DNA of 64,000 bases from Omnitrophica WOR_2 bacterium GWF2_43_52 (GCA_001805445.1 MHGF01000022.1:10613-74612); one strand, 5' to 3'; shown: positions 21,664 through 32,620, counted from the first letter of the stretch. Numbers and translations are program-made. Notes: generated from the sequence alone by a model not told the origin.

Positions 21664-22604
21664 TTTTTCTCCAATTCTTTTAATTTCTCCCGCGCCTGGG
21701 TAGCGCTTGCGCAATAGGAACAATTAGCCACTATTTCCCGATAATAAATACGGGCAGAGTCGTATTGTTTCTGTTTCTCATAGAATTCCGCTATTTTAAG
21801 GTTGCCCTCCGCCTCTTTTTCTTTCAGGCTGTCAATCTGGCTCTTGGCCTCTTCCTGCAGTGCTTCGTCAGGGTGTGATTTCACAAACTCCTCAAACTTT
21901 CGTTTTGCTTCCTGGGTCAATTCCTGGTCATATTCTGCTTTCGGGGCAATTCTATTAGCGCAATCGGCTACCTGAAACTTCGCGGGAGAAGACCACTCGT
22001 CTTCCGGATACGTAGTCACCACCTTTTCAAACTCATCCCGTGCCTCCTGATAACGGTTGAGATTCTTTAAGGTCATCCCCAAAAGATACTGGGCATGAGC
22101 GGCATGCTTTCCGTAAGGGGAATTCTCGACTACTTTCCGGAATATCTCAATAGAAGGGTTCTCAACCGGAAGTTCTAACCCCAGGGCCTTACGCTTCTCA
22201 CCTGACATAAATGCCTGCCCTATCGTAAGTTGACGCTCTATAATTTCATCTATCCGGGCGCTAAATGGATATTTATCAATGACTTTTTGATATGCCTTAT
22301 ACGCCTCGAAAGGTTTACGCGTAGCTTCAAAGGTTAACCCCAGGTAAAATTGCGCCTCAGAAGCCTCGTAAGCCTTAGGATAATACTTGATAAGTTTCTT
22401 GCATTCCTCAATGGCTTCCTGATATTTTGTTCTATCATAAAACTCCTGAATAAGCTTTAATTGCTCTTTGGGAGTGGGCTTAACGCTTTGTTTCGGATTT
22501 TTCCACTGGCTTGTCTTCGGGCTCCAGATCCAAAAACCATAACTTGGCCTCACCAACAACGAAAAAACGCTCAACCAGATAAGGGTAAAAATCACTTTTT
22601 TCAT
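21660..22604 (-). CDS. Secreted tetratricopeptide-repeat protein (BamD/YfiO-like)
   Basis: Signal peptide plus several TPR-like helical pairs. Confidence 0.45.
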   Translation of the reverse strand: MKKVIFTLIWLSVFSLLVRPSYGFWIWSPKTSQWKNPKQSVKPTPKEQLKLIQEFYDRTKYQEAIEECKKLIKYYPKAYEASEAQFYLGLTFEATRKPFEAYKAYQKVIDKYPFSARIDEIIERQLTIGQAFMSGEKRKALGLELPVENPSIEIFRKVVENSPYGKHAAHAQYLLGMTLKNLNRYQEARDEFEKVVTTYPEDEWSSPAKFQVADCANRIAPKAEYDQELTQEAKRKFEEFVKSHPDEALQEEAKSQIDSLKEKEAEGNLKIAEFYEKQKQYDSARIYYREIVANCSYCASATQAREKLKELEKK

Positions 22605-22715
22605 AGCCTTACTCTATCATATCATAGATACTTTGTCAACGCGGCAAAGCCGGGGCCGCTCTTAGTATTCATTAACAAGCTAGGCTCACGCGACAACGAC
22701 TGGCTAAAGGGTAGG

Positions 22716-25520
22716 CTAAACCTTCGGCAAGGTAAAACTGAATTTGGCCCCCTGTCCCAGTTCACTTTCAACCCACATTCTGCCATTATGCAGCTCGACT
22801 ATTTCTTTAGCAATAGAAAGGCCTAATCCCGTACCTCGTTCACCTGGAGATGCCGCGCGGCTGAATTGCTCAAACTTACTAAAAAGTTTAGGAATATTTT
22901 CTTTGGCAATCCCTATTCCTGTATCCGTTACCGCGCACTCAACGGTATCAATTTTATCAATAATGGAGATTTCAATGGAACCCCGCGGGGTAAATTTGAA
23001 GGCATTGCCTACCAAATTCGTAAAAACCTGAATAATCCTGTCCCTGTCTAAGGCAATCTCTATCTTCTCTTTGGAAAAGTTCTCTTTAAGCACTATATGA
23101 GTATCCTGTGTTTTAAAATGAAAGATTGCAACCACCCCTCGGGCAACACTCACGATATCCGTGATTTCTTTTTTTATTTTAAGCTTCCCTGCCTCAATCT
23201 TTGAAATATCCAGAAGGTTATCGATAATCCGCGAAAGCCTGTCAATATGCTCCAAGGCTAATACCAAAACCTCTTTCTGTGTAGTGCTTATCCCTCCGTG
23301 TAAACCTTCAAAAACCTGGGAAACGCCTTCTTTAATTACCGCCATGGGCGTACGCAGTTCGTGCGATACGACAGAAACAAACTCATCCTTGAGGCGTTCG
23401 ATTTCCTTACGCTGGGCGATATCCTCTTTTACCGCCACATAATGGGTAATCATGCCTTCGCTATTACGGATAGCGGAAATAGAACTAAATTCCCAGTACA
23501 ATTCACCGTTTTTCTTTTTATTGCGCAGCTCTCCCCGCCATTCCTTGCCGGCAGTAATGGTTCCCCACAACTGCTTATAGACATCGGCAGAAACCTCCCC
23601 AGATTTTAGTATCTTGATATTCTCGCCTACAGCTTCGTCAAAAGTATATCCGGTTAATTGCGTGAATTTTGGATTCACGTATTCAATTTTTCCCGCGGTA
23701 TCGGTTATTACGATACCGCTAGGAGCCTGCTCTATAGCCCTCTGCAGCCTGCGGATTTCTTCTTCCTGCTGTTTGCGTTTGATAAACTGCCCTATCTGGC
23801 TTCCGACAGAATCAAACATATGCAAAAGCTCAGCATCAGGCTTACGCAGCTCGTGGCTGAAAAACTCAAAGACGCCGATAACTTCGCGTTCAATGCGGAT
23901 AGGAAACCCGAATGCCCCATGAAGGCCTGCCTTGCCCGCAACCTCAACACGGGGGAAATTACTATCTTTGGTTACATCTTCAATCCATCCGGGCGTATTA
24001 TTCATCCATACCCGCCCCGGGAGCCCCACATGCGCGGGAAAACTGATCGTAAAACAGGCATTGATGAAATCATCCGCTTCAAGCTCAGGGACATGCCATA
24101 GTTCCGCGCAATTCAATTGATCGCTGATTTGATTAACCGTCCAGATTGCCCCCAAGTCCCAGCCCAGCGTTTCACAGACAATCTGAAGAATTTTAGAATT
24201 CGCCTCATGCAGTGTCATCGATGTTGACAAAAGCATCGCGACGGCATATTGCACGTCGGAACGCTGTTCCATGCGCTTACGCCTTGAGATATCTTCTTCC
24301 AGCTCGGCATTGGCGTTTTTCAGATTGGCATAGGACTGCCTCAATTTATTGCCTATCGTATTAAACGCGCTGGCTACTTCCGCTAACTCATCTCTATTCT
24401 TGACCACAATATCACTGCCCATACTCTCCATAGACATTGTATCTGCCACAGTATTAAGCAGAGATACAGTATTTTTGACGGATAGATAAAAAGCAATAAT
24501 AAAATAGCTCACTATAGCCAACATAATGCAGGCGAGAAGTTCAACAAAGTATTTCTTCCGGTTAAACCTCCTGATGCGCTCCTCTAGCAATCTATCAAGT
24601 GCCGGGCCAATTGCCTCGCAAAGCTTGAAATTCTCTTCGCTGGCGTTGGCCACAAGAGAATAATAATCGGCCAGAGATATCTCAATGGCCTCTTTGTTTA
24701 ACACCTGGGTATCCAGGAGCTGTAAAAAAAGCTCTGAAGCCGAATTATTCTCTTGCAGGGATATTCCCAATCGTGGCTTAAGTCCGGCATTATTGGTAAA
24801 AGCAGTTTCCATTCCCTTATTCATCAACTGCAAGGTAGTTTTTGTTGTGGCGCTTAACCCAAACAAAAGAGACCTCTCCGCAGGAGATTCAATTTTCTTT
24901 CTGGCTACCGCGGATAAAGCAAAAATTCCCGCCTGATTTAAAGATTCGCTGATAAGCGGAATTTTATTCACCAGCGCGTCCATCAGATAATAACTATCCA
25001 AATCAGGATCTAGGATAAGATTAGAGCTATCCCCCGCTTTGGTAATAAGTGAAAGGATGAGCGAATGAAAGAGAGTATACTCATCATACTTTTTCGATGA
25101 CACATCATCCCAGGATTTAGCTTTTAACTGTTGCCAGCGGGCTTTTATCTCTAGCCAGTCTTTGGTAACATCCAACATATCGCCAAGCCTTATGCTAGCC
25201 TCATCAATGATGGTAAAGGCATTGGTAATTTCTTCTTCTTTGGCGCTTATCCTTTCCTTAAAATAGATATCGCCATTATGATACATCGCCAGCATGCCTT
25301 TATACTGCTGAACATGGTTTAAAAGCCTTTCAAGCGGCAGAATATATTCAACCCCTTTTCTTTCTTTTTGGGCAAAGCTGGCCTTAAGATTGACCTCTGT
25401 AATCAAAAGATACATCACGACCCCAAGGGGAAGAACAAAAATCAAGCCGATGAGAAGGAATTTCTGCAGGTATTTGAGGGTATTGAGCAGCGTAATGGCT
25501 GGGGAAAAAATAGTTTTCAT
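22716..25520 (-). CDS. Sensor histidine kinase with periplasmic sensor domain, HAMP, GAF, PAS, HisKA and HATPase_c
   Basis: Two TM segments flanking a roughly 280-aa extracytoplasmic domain; H-box VSHELRTP; N, G1, G2 boxes at the C-terminus. Confidence 0.85.
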   Translation of the reverse strand: MKTIFSPAITLLNTLKYLQKFLLIGLIFVLPLGVVMYLLITEVNLKASFAQKERKGVEYILPLERLLNHVQQYKGMLAMYHNGDIYFKERISAKEEEITNAFTIIDEASIRLGDMLDVTKDWLEIKARWQQLKAKSWDDVSSKKYDEYTLFHSLILSLITKAGDSSNLILDPDLDSYYLMDALVNKIPLISESLNQAGIFALSAVARKKIESPAERSLLFGLSATTKTTLQLMNKGMETAFTNNAGLKPRLGISLQENNSASELFLQLLDTQVLNKEAIEISLADYYSLVANASEENFKLCEAIGPALDRLLEERIRRFNRKKYFVELLACIMLAIVSYFIIAFYLSVKNTVSLLNTVADTMSMESMGSDIVVKNRDELAEVASAFNTIGNKLRQSYANLKNANAELEEDISRRKRMEQRSDVQYAVAMLLSTSMTLHEANSKILQIVCETLGWDLGAIWTVNQISDQLNCAELWHVPELEADDFINACFTISFPAHVGLPGRVWMNNTPGWIEDVTKDSNFPRVEVAGKAGLHGAFGFPIRIEREVIGVFEFFSHELRKPDAELLHMFDSVGSQIGQFIKRKQQEEEIRRLQRAIEQAPSGIVITDTAGKIEYVNPKFTQLTGYTFDEAVGENIKILKSGEVSADVYKQLWGTITAGKEWRGELRNKKKNGELYWEFSSISAIRNSEGMITHYVAVKEDIAQRKEIERLKDEFVSVVSHELRTPMAVIKEGVSQVFEGLHGGISTTQKEVLVLALEHIDRLSRIIDNLLDISKIEAGKLKIKKEITDIVSVARGVVAIFHFKTQDTHIVLKENFSKEKIEIALDRDRIIQVFTNLVGNAFKFTPRGSIEISIIDKIDTVECAVTDTGIGIAKENIPKLFSKFEQFSRAASPGERGTGLGLSIAKEIVELHNGRMWVESELGQGAKFSFTLPKV

Positions 25521-25597
25521 AATTATTACGTTAGACTATACCATTGCTTCTTTTCTGTCAAGCGAATCCTTAGAGAGTATTGAAAAAATACTTTTTT

Positions 25598-25682
25598 ACA
25601 CGAATTCTCACGAATTCAATGCCGAATTACCACAAATTGCCGGCGAGACACATTCGTGTAAATGTAACAAAAATTCGTGCTT
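25598..25682. repeat. Copy 4 of the CACGAAT-word imperfect palindrome, 76 nt upstream of the histidine-kinase start
   Basis: tacacgaattctcacgaattcaatgccgaattaccacaaatt...cattcgtgtaaatgtaacaaaaattcgtgct. Confidence 0.8.
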
Positions 25683-25747
25683 AACTTAATCTTTCGGCAA
25701 CCTCCTTAAAATCCCCCAGTAGTTACCACTTTTTCAGTGGTAACTAT

Positions 25748-27241
25748 TTATCGCGGTAAATAAAAATAAGCGCCAGGAATACTGCTTAACCAGTGCGTAA
25801 TCTTCAATAAAAACCCAAGCGAATAATTCGTAGTAGCGGCAATCGGTGCCGCGATGGCAGGGAAAATGAGCGCGGACAAGCCAAGGCTAAAGCCCAAAAC
25901 GATAATCAGGCTTGTATAAGGAACGATGATCAGGTTAGCCAACACGGTTATCGGGCTTACAATCCTAAAATAGTAGGCTATGGCCCCGGCAGTCACAAAC
26001 CATGCCGCCAAAGAAACAGAAAAACAGTTGATACTCCATTTCTTTACCTGCATCGCTGTTTTTGTAAGGCGGTTTACGGCGGAAGGCCTTTCGGGCACAG
26101 GATTGCCGCGCGCGCCTAAAAAACTTTCAATACGCCCTGACAATAACACTATCCCCAAAACACTCACAAAAGAAAGCTGAAACCCGATGTCAAAGAGCTG
26201 TAAGGGATTAGCGCCTAAAATAATAAGCGCTGCCAAACCAAGGCTATTGGTAATCTGAGATTCTCTTTCCATTAAATAACCGCTGAGCACAATAATTGCC
26301 ATAATCGTTGCCCGCACCACTGAGGCACTTGCTCCCACCGCATACATATGCATAATCAAAAGAGGTATGGTAAGATAATAACGCGGTTTTCGCTTTATTC
26401 CTAAAGCCTTCAAAATAATTAAAACAACAAACGCAACGATTCCCACGTTAAAACCGCTTATGGCAATAATATGGCTTGTGCCTGTTCGCACAAAAGCGTC
26501 TCGGATAGCGTGAGGAAAATTCTGGCGTTCCCCCAGGATGATTCCCGAAAGGATACGGCTGTTTTCAGGCCAAAGGTAGGCTTCAAATATACTTTTAAAT
26601 GTATGTTTTGCCTTAAGGGCAAACGCCTTTACTCTATTGCTTTGCGCCTTTTGTAAAAAAACAATCCCATCTTCTTTGGTAACACTCAAGATATAGGCTA
26701 TCCCCTGGTTTTTAAGATACTCCCGATACGAAAAGCTTTTCCCGCCAAAATTAAACGGCCTATACAGCCTTCCCTCTAAAATCAAGCTATCCCCATAAGC
26801 AAATTTTTCTTTTTTAAACACATTGACGACGATGTATCCTTTCATTTCATAGTCTCTGCCTGCGACGATAAGTTTTTTACTGTTGAGAATAAAACTTACT
26901 TTGCGAGCGCTATAGGCAGGATCATTTTCAATGATTCCCTCTATGTGAACAGGCAGCGAGTGTTGTAGATTTAAAGAGGCGTTGTGCCGGTAATGCGGGA
27001 AAAGATAATTATTACAATGTAAGGCGCCTAACCCAAAACAAAACACTAAAAAAATAAAGGAAAAGAGGGCGTCTTTCTCCTTACTCCATACTGCAATCAC
27101 CAAAGAAAGGGCGCACCAAATAAACCATACAAAAAATGGGATAGCGCTAGCGTAAGCTATCACTATCCCAAGGATAAAAAATACCGCTACAGCGGTAAGA
27201 ATGGGAATTTGGTTTAAATGAGCGGTAATTTTATTCAACAA
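25748..27241 (-). CDS. comEC: ComEC/Rec2-family DNA internalisation channel protein (no metallo-beta-lactamase domain)
   Basis: DUF4131-like N-terminus, competence domain with HIIAISGFNVG; protein ends without an MBL fold. Confidence 0.75.
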   Translation of the reverse strand: MLNKITAHLNQIPILTAVAVFFILGIVIAYASAIPFFVWFIWCALSLVIAVWSKEKDALFSFIFLVFCFGLGALHCNNYLFPHYRHNASLNLQHSLPVHIEGIIENDPAYSARKVSFILNSKKLIVAGRDYEMKGYIVVNVFKKEKFAYGDSLILEGRLYRPFNFGGKSFSYREYLKNQGIAYILSVTKEDGIVFLQKAQSNRVKAFALKAKHTFKSIFEAYLWPENSRILSGIILGERQNFPHAIRDAFVRTGTSHIIAISGFNVGIVAFVVLIILKALGIKRKPRYYLTIPLLIMHMYAVGASASVVRATIMAIIVLSGYLMERESQITNSLGLAALIILGANPLQLFDIGFQLSFVSVLGIVLLSGRIESFLGARGNPVPERPSAVNRLTKTAMQVKKWSINCFSVSLAAWFVTAGAIAYYFRIVSPITVLANLIIVPYTSLIIVLGFSLGLSALIFPAIAAPIAATTNYSLGFLLKITHWLSSIPGAYFYLPR

Positions 27242-27572
27242 TAATGCTGTCTTTTAAAAGTTCAAATTTCCTGTTTCCTATGCCCTTGACTTTTTTAATA
27301 TCCTCTATTGTCTTAAATCCTCCGCTGGTCACGCGGTACTCAATAATCCTTGAGGCTAATTCAGGGCCGATTCCGGGGAGGGAAATCAATTCATCCGGAG
27401 AAGCATTTCCAAGATTGATTTTTTTACTACTGCTTTCTTGTGAAGAGATATCGGAAAAATAATTTTTAAAGCGGGGGTTGTGCTTAGCAATATAAGAAAT
27501 ACTGATGCCTAGAAACACAACAGAAGAAACAAAAAGCAAGACTATTTTTTCCTGGCGCGTGAGGTTAACCAT
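27231..27572 (-). CDS. comEA: ComEA-like helix-hairpin-helix DNA-binding competence protein
   Basis: N-terminal TM anchor then tandem HhH (INLGNASPDELISLPGIGPELASRII ... KVKGIGNRKFELL). Confidence 0.8.
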   Translation of the reverse strand: MVNLTRQEKIVLLFVSSVVFLGISISYIAKHNPRFKNYFSDISSQESSSKKINLGNASPDELISLPGIGPELASRIIEYRVTSGGFKTIEDIKKVKGIGNRKFELLKDSIIVE

Positions 27573-27576
27573 GCGG

Positions 27577-28674
27577 CTACAACTGCTTTGTTCGATACCC
27601 TTTTTTCTCTAAAAGCCTCAGGATGCCTTTATCGCCTAGCATATGCCCTGAGCCCACGACAACAAAATACGTCCCTTGTGTTTTTAGAAAACCATCTATT
27701 TTGGAAGCCATTGTAAGGTTACGCTCATAAAAAAGCTTTTCGTATATCGGCAGAAAGCGAGGATGTTCCGCCAAGCCTTTAAAGGCCATCTGCTCCATTG
27801 CTTTGGCATTGCCGGAAACCCACGATGCGTATAAGGCATCCACCCTTTTTTCAAGATTATCCAAATCCGTAAGGGTAGATACCAAAAATAGGTCTTGATG
27901 GGCATCCGAAAAGTTATTAAATAGCGTAACCTGAAAATCAATACTCTCAAGCTCCATGATTTTTTTGTCTTTGGCTTTCTTGAGAAAATGAATGTCAATG
28001 CCTGCTTCAGTATCAAAACCCCGCAGTTTCAATTCTATGGCTGAAAGTGTCATTGCTACAAACCACGGTTTAAATATCTCAAACTGGCTGATATCAAGCC
28101 CTAAGGCAGCACATCTGGTTTTTACCAACGCGTAACTTTCGGCTGATACGTGGTTTTTAAACGTATCGCCTGCCTGGTATACTGAGGTGGATAAGGTGAG
28201 CATTTGCATGTGGGAAAGTTTACCGGCATCGGTAATATCAGCCTCTACAACAAGGGTATCGGCGGCACGAAAGGCATCTTCAATTTTCTGCGGCAGAGGG
28301 TACCATCCCGGCTTGGCGGCATGAATAGAGCCGAGTAAATATACGTTACTGCCTGCGGAAGATTTAATTTCCCATAAGAAACAGGTAGCTGATTGAGAAG
28401 AACTTCCGAGGGAAAGTGTTGAGGCTGAAGCATTACCCTGCCTTACGGCGGGTGAGGTTTTAGCAACAACAGCTTGAGGGGCTTCGGATATTCTGCTTAT
28501 TTCATCTTTATCATAGGTTAAGGTAACACCTTGAAAGTTAACCTTGATAGTGGTATCAGTCTTTTCTACGATTTTTCCTTCAACTTTAGTGCCGGATTTC
28601 AGGTAAATCGTATCCGCGAAAACAGAAGCCGGCAAGAGTACTATTCCAAGAAGAAAGAGTATTTTTCTAATCAT
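27577..28674 (-). CDS. TraB/GumN family protein
   Basis: Signal peptide; conserved FLWEIKSSAGSNVYLLGSIH motif. Confidence 0.65.
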   Translation of the reverse strand: MIRKILFLLGIVLLPASVFADTIYLKSGTKVEGKIVEKTDTTIKVNFQGVTLTYDKDEISRISEAPQAVVAKTSPAVRQGNASASTLSLGSSSQSATCFLWEIKSSAGSNVYLLGSIHAAKPGWYPLPQKIEDAFRAADTLVVEADITDAGKLSHMQMLTLSTSVYQAGDTFKNHVSAESYALVKTRCAALGLDISQFEIFKPWFVAMTLSAIELKLRGFDTEAGIDIHFLKKAKDKKIMELESIDFQVTLFNNFSDAHQDLFLVSTLTDLDNLEKRVDALYASWVSGNAKAMEQMAFKGLAEHPRFLPIYEKLFYERNLTMASKIDGFLKTQGTYFVVVGSGHMLGDKGILRLLEKKGYRTKQL

Positions 28675-28685
28675 TGTACCAGAGG

Positions 28686-31118
28686 CTATACTACGATACT
28701 GACCAATTTTGAGGGGACGACAATGATATTTTTAACCTGTTTTCCCTGAAGCCAGGGAATAAGCTTTTCGTCACTGAGCACACGCTTTTTAAGCTTTTCT
28801 TCATCGATATCCGAAGCCACCTCTATTTTAAAACGCACCTTGCCGTTTACCTGGACTACCATCGTTACCATCGCTTCAACCAATAAAGTAGGGTCATGCA
28901 GAGGCCATTGGCTTTTAAAAATGCTTTCCTCGTTGCCTAAAATCTGCCAAAGCTCTTCCGCAAAATGCGGCATAAAAGGGCTTAACATAAGGACAAGCTT
29001 TGAAAAAACCTCCTTATCCGCGCCCAACTGATAGATGGCATTCACTAACTCCATAAGGCTGGCGATCGCGGTATTGAATTTGAAAGCAGCGACGTCATCT
29101 GAAACTTTTTTTATAGTCTTATGTAAGATACGTATAAGGTGAGGCTCCGGCGTATCTTTCAAATTCTCCTGGATGCGCCAGACGCGGTTTAAAAATTTAA
29201 ACGCCCCTTCAATCCCGCGGTCATCCCACTCAAGCTCGGTTTCCGGTGGCGCGGCAAAAAGAATAAACAACCGTAAGGAGTCCGCGCCGTATTTTTGAAT
29301 GATTGAGTCAGGGTCAACGATATTGCCTTTTGACTTTGACATTACTTCGCCATCTTTTAACACCATGCCTTGGGTAAGCAGGCATCGAAATGGCTCATCG
29401 TGGCCGCTGCAATTATCGGCTGCGGATGGAAAATCTACCATTCCTAAATCCCTAAAAAACTTGGTAAAAAAACGGGAATAAAGCAGATGCAAAATCGCAT
29501 GCTCAATCCCTCCGATATATTGGTCAACCGGCATCCAATAGCGAGCTTCCTGCGTATTAAATGGGGCAGAATCATCTTTTGGTGAGCAAAATCGTAAGAA
29601 ATACCATGAAGAATCAAAAAAAGTAGCCATAGTATCGGTTTCCCGACGGGCAGGAGCATCGCATTGTGGGCAGGCCACATTCACAAATGACTCAACCTTT
29701 CCTAAGGGGCTGCCGCCTTCTCCGGTAAACGGGGCGTCCGCCGGTAACACAACCGGCAAATCTTTATACGGCACGCCAACCACGCCGCAAGCCTTGCAAT
29801 AAATCATAGGAATGGGTGTGCCCCAATAGCGCTGGCGCGAAATCAACCAATCCCGCAGGCGCCAATGAGTTACAATTTTGCCCATCCCTTTATCCTGCAT
29901 CCACTGGGCAATTTTTGTTTTGGCTTCTTGATTCGGCAAGCCGTTAAACTCACCTGAATTAACCTGCAGGCCATCACCCGCATAGGCTCCAGTCATCTCA
30001 TCTGGTGACTTGGTGACTTGGTGACTTGGTGACTTTATCACAATTCGCATCGGCAGATGATGTTCCTTGGCAAAAAGAAAATCCCGCTGATCATGAGTCG
30101 GCACCGCCATAATTGCCCCTGTGCCGTATTCCATCAATACATAATCCGCAATCCAGATGGGGATAACCTCATTATTCACCGGATTAACGCAGAATGTGCC
30201 GGTAAAAAGCCCTTCTTTCTTAACATCTTCCTTAACCCTGGCTATTTTACTTTCCTTGGATACCTTATCGATAAAGTCCAGAACGTCCTTCTCCTGAGGT
30301 TTCCCCTTAATCAACTCCTTGACCAAAGGATGTTCCGGCGCAAGGACCACATAGGTTGCCCCAAAAATCGTATCTGCCCGCGTGGTAAAAACCGTAATGA
30401 CGGTATCATTTTCTTTTAAACGAAAATATATTTCTACCCCCTGGCTTTTTCCTATCCAATTCTTCTGCATAGCGATAACCCGCTCAGGCCAGTGTTGCAG
30501 CCGGTTTAAGTCATCCAAAAGACGCTCTTTATAGTCGGTAATTTTTAGAAACCACTGTTCCAGCTCTTTTTGCTGGACAGGGTTATGACAGCGCCAGCAT
30601 TCTCCGTCAATAACCTCTTCATTGGCCAAGGTCGTCTGGCACGAAGGGCACCAGTTGACGCTTGAGGCCTTTTGGTAGGCAAGGCCGCGCTCATACATCT
30701 TCAGGAATATCCACTGATTCCACCTGTAGTAAGTACTATCGCAGGTTGAGAGCTCCCTCTCCCAATCATAGGAAAAACCCATTTTCTCTAATTCTATCTT
30801 CATCCAGTCAATACACTTATGGGTCCAGCTATCGGGCTTGGTATTATTTTTGATGGCGGCATTTTCCGCCGGCTGGCCAAAGGCGTCAAAACCCATAGGA
30901 TGCAGCACCGAATAACCCTCAAGCCATTTATAGCGGCTATAGACATCGCCAATGGTATAGTTACGCACGTGGCCCATATGGATTTTCCCGGACGGATAAG
31001 GAAACATCTCCAGGCAATAGAACTTTTTCTTTTCCGGAGCGTGCGAGGCCTTAAAAATCTGCTTCTCCTGCCAATAGCACTGCCACTTCTCTTCTATTTC
31101 TTTAAATGAATAGCTCAT
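28686..31118 (-). CDS. leuS: Leucyl-tRNA synthetase, containing an in-frame 8-mer tandem-repeat insertion
   Basis: HIGH (HMGHVRNY) and KMSKS (VMSKSKGN) motifs, CP1 editing domain; repeat (GGTGACTT)x4 at 30004-30035 encodes [11 protein letters not shown]. Confidence 0.95.
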   Translation of the reverse strand: MSYSFKEIEEKWQCYWQEKQIFKASHAPEKKKFYCLEMFPYPSGKIHMGHVRNYTIGDVYSRYKWLEGYSVLHPMGFDAFGQPAENAAIKNNTKPDSWTHKCIDWMKIELEKMGFSYDWERELSTCDSTYYRWNQWIFLKMYERGLAYQKASSVNWCPSCQTTLANEEVIDGECWRCHNPVQQKELEQWFLKITDYKERLLDDLNRLQHWPERVIAMQKNWIGKSQGVEIYFRLKENDTVITVFTTRADTIFGATYVVLAPEHPLVKELIKGKPQEKDVLDFIDKVSKESKIARVKEDVKKEGLFTGTFCVNPVNNEVIPIWIADYVLMEYGTGAIMAVPTHDQRDFLFAKEHHLPMRIVIKSPSHQVTKSPDEMTGAYAGDGLQVNSGEFNGLPNQEAKTKIAQWMQDKGMGKIVTHWRLRDWLISRQRYWGTPIPMIYCKACGVVGVPYKDLPVVLPADAPFTGEGGSPLGKVESFVNVACPQCDAPARRETDTMATFFDSSWYFLRFCSPKDDSAPFNTQEARYWMPVDQYIGGIEHAILHLLYSRFFTKFFRDLGMVDFPSAADNCSGHDEPFRCLLTQGMVLKDGEVMSKSKGNIVDPDSIIQKYGADSLRLFILFAAPPETELEWDDRGIEGAFKFLNRVWRIQENLKDTPEPHLIRILHKTIKKVSDDVAAFKFNTAIASLMELVNAIYQLGADKEVFSKLVLMLSPFMPHFAEELWQILGNEESIFKSQWPLHDPTLLVEAMVTMVVQVNGKVRFKIEVASDIDEEKLKKRVLSDEKLIPWLQGKQVKNIIVVPSKLVSIVV
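30004..30035. repeat. Tandem 8-mer repeat (GGTGACTT)x4 inside leuS
   Basis: ggtgacttggtgacttggtgacttggtgactt; same 8-mer family as 10455-10478 and 10994-11030. Confidence 0.85.
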
Positions 31119-31127
31119 CTATTGTTA

Positions 31128-31511
31128 CTATATCCGCGCGGGAATAAGTGAAATCATCGTGCGTATCCCCCGCAGTACTTTCTCCATTTCGCAAGGCTTG
31201 GTTAAATAATGGTCTGCTTCCATGTTATAACACTTCTCGAGAGACGCCAACTCATCCTGTGCGCTCATAATCATTACCGGACGCCACTTATCCTTATGCT
31301 TTTCCCGTATTTCCTTGAGCACCTCAAAACCGTTAAGCTTAGGCATCATTAAATCCAGGAGAATAACATCGGGATTAGTTTCTGTGAGCTTTTCTAACGC
31401 TTCCTGGCCGTCATAGGCAACGACCGGCTCATAGCCTTCCCTGGTTAAACGATTCTTAAGCACCTCTATGATATCCTTATCATCATCAACCACTAATATT
31501 TTATACGCCAT
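31128..31511 (-). CDS. Stand-alone response-regulator receiver domain (CheY-like)
   Basis: ILVVDDD...DLMMPKLNG...K; no output domain. Confidence 0.85.
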   Translation of the reverse strand: MAYKILVVDDDKDIIEVLKNRLTREGYEPVVAYDGQEALEKLTETNPDVILLDLMMPKLNGFEVLKEIREKHKDKWRPVMIMSAQDELASLEKCYNMEADHYLTKPCEMEKVLRGIRTMISLIPARI

Positions 31512-31680
31512 CGTTTTTATCGTGTAGTGCTCCGTGACAAAAAGTTATGTCACCGTCGAGTACACCGTGACATTAATTCTTGCAAAATAACCAAACATCA
31601 ATTTCCAATAACCAAATAATAACCAATGTGCCAATTATCAAACGATTTGGTTATTGGTGATTGATACTCAATCATTTTAG

Positions 31681-32538
31681 TCACAGCGCACTAGTGGTGC
31701 CGATTAGTTTTTTGACCACTGCCAAATTCTGTTTATCCGCGGACTCGGAATCTTTCGGTGTCTCCAGGATAAAAGCAACGTCTTTGAGGCGCCTGTCATG
31801 TAAGAGCCGCCGAAAACCTGCTAAACCGATTTTTCCTTTACCAATATGTTCATGCCTGTCACGGTGGCTGGATAAAATATCCTTCGTATCGTTTAAATGA
31901 ATGAGCTTAAGCCGCTCAAAACCAACGATGGTATCTAACTGGCGCATGGTTTCTTTATAGCCATCTTCAGAAGCTAAATCATAGCCTGCGGCATAGGCGT
32001 GGCAGGTATCTAAACATATTCCTACCCTCTGTTTTTGCTCTAAACCATCAATAATCCGGCGGCTATGCTCAAAACAATACCCTAACCAAGAGCCTGATCC
32101 GGAAGTATTTTCCAAAAGAAGCTTGACCGGTGATTTTTTTGTCCTCTTTAAAATCATATTGAGTGCCGAAGTAATCCTTTTAATACCTAAATCCTCCCCG
32201 CTTTTTTTATGGCTGCCCATATGGGTTACGATATACTCTACGCCCAAGGCCTCGGCCTCTTTAATGTCTTCAATATAAGCCTTAACCGAATCCCTGTATA
32301 ATACCGCAAAAGGCGAGGCAAGGTTTATAAGATACGGCACATGCATAAACACGGGCGCAATATTACTTTCTGTCCTACGTTTTCTAAACTCCTCGATATC
32401 CTCAAGGCTTAAGCGCGCTTTACGCCACTGGCGGGGATCACGGGAGAATATCTGCATTGTAGTAACCCCAAGCGCCTTTGCCCTATCAATCGCCTCATAA
32501 ATATGCCCCGCCACTGAAACATGAACACCTATACGCAT
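31681..32538 (-). CDS. nfo: Endonuclease IV (AP endonuclease, xylose-isomerase-like TIM barrel)
   Basis: IHLNDTKDILSSHRDRHEHIGKGKIG metal-binding signature. Confidence 0.85.
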   Translation of the reverse strand: MRIGVHVSVAGHIYEAIDRAKALGVTTMQIFSRDPRQWRKARLSLEDIEEFRKRRTESNIAPVFMHVPYLINLASPFAVLYRDSVKAYIEDIKEAEALGVEYIVTHMGSHKKSGEDLGIKRITSALNMILKRTKKSPVKLLLENTSGSGSWLGYCFEHSRRIIDGLEQKQRVGICLDTCHAYAAGYDLASEDGYKETMRQLDTIVGFERLKLIHLNDTKDILSSHRDRHEHIGKGKIGLAGFRRLLHDRRLKDVAFILETPKDSESADKQNLAVVKKLIGTTSAL

Positions 32539-32620
32539 TGTTAAATTTTAGCACACTCAGAAGCTAATTGCCAATAAAAAAGGGCAGGTCTACCCCGCCC
32601 AAAACGCAGACAAAAATGTT

